The position numbers and the translations under genes are program-made. The notes under the pieces are model-generated. The model did no database searches. It was not told the origin of the DNA and saw only the letters and a program-made list of their open reading frames with translations. A stretch of 64,000 nucleotides of DNA from Nostoc sp. DedSLP01 (GTDB lineage Bacteria > Cyanobacteriota > Cyanobacteriia > Cyanobacteriales > Nostocaceae), in the NCBI GenBank assembly GCA_034530875.2, contig JAVRCJ020000009.1:32001-96000 (forward strand). The letters are read 5' to 3'. Positions 63,977-64,000 of this stretch are shown piece by piece; position 1 is the stretch's first letter, and each line of letters begins with the position of its first letter.

Positions 63977-64000
63977 ATGTCTAGTAACATTAGCACAGCT
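63977..64000 (+). CDS. 5' fragment of the next gene, probably pstB (by operon position only)
   Basis: ATG 63977 open to the window end (MSSNISTA); identity inferred from pstSCAB order. Confidence 0.35.

Overview
Chromosomal window from a heterocyst-forming cyanobacterium (Nostocales-like: dense HIP1 GCGATCGC sites, STRR heptamer/octamer arrays, psbA, apcD, ppc). Mostly housekeeping genes: gun4 (partial), icd, Mn-SOD, rsmG, ppc, an SGNH-protein/MBOAT acyltransferase pair, psbA (Q130 form), corA, ureDAB-C, groES-groL with CIRCE and K-box, asnS, pmgA-rlmD, apcD, purL-purF, apt, an FHA-containing class A PBP, lspA, bioY and pstSCA. No rRNA, tRNA, CRISPR array, integrase or transposase was recognised. 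Best candidates for undescribed systems: (1) a GxxExxY nuclease-fold gene inserted antisense between ureB and ureC and bracketed exactly by inverted arrays of a ~10-bp repeat, resembling a minimal mobile element; (2) an AT-rich, translationally coupled pair of RelE-like genes with no conventional antitoxin; (3) three Rpn-family loci, each with an internal SD+ATG for a C-terminal small protein, one of them reduced to little more than that small ORF; (4) a candidate sRNA downstream of apcD and a riboswitch-like element upstream of a glycine-rich RTX-like protein; (5) tiny repeats inserted in frame into ppc and a DUF3370 gene. All family assignments come from motif recognition, not database searches.
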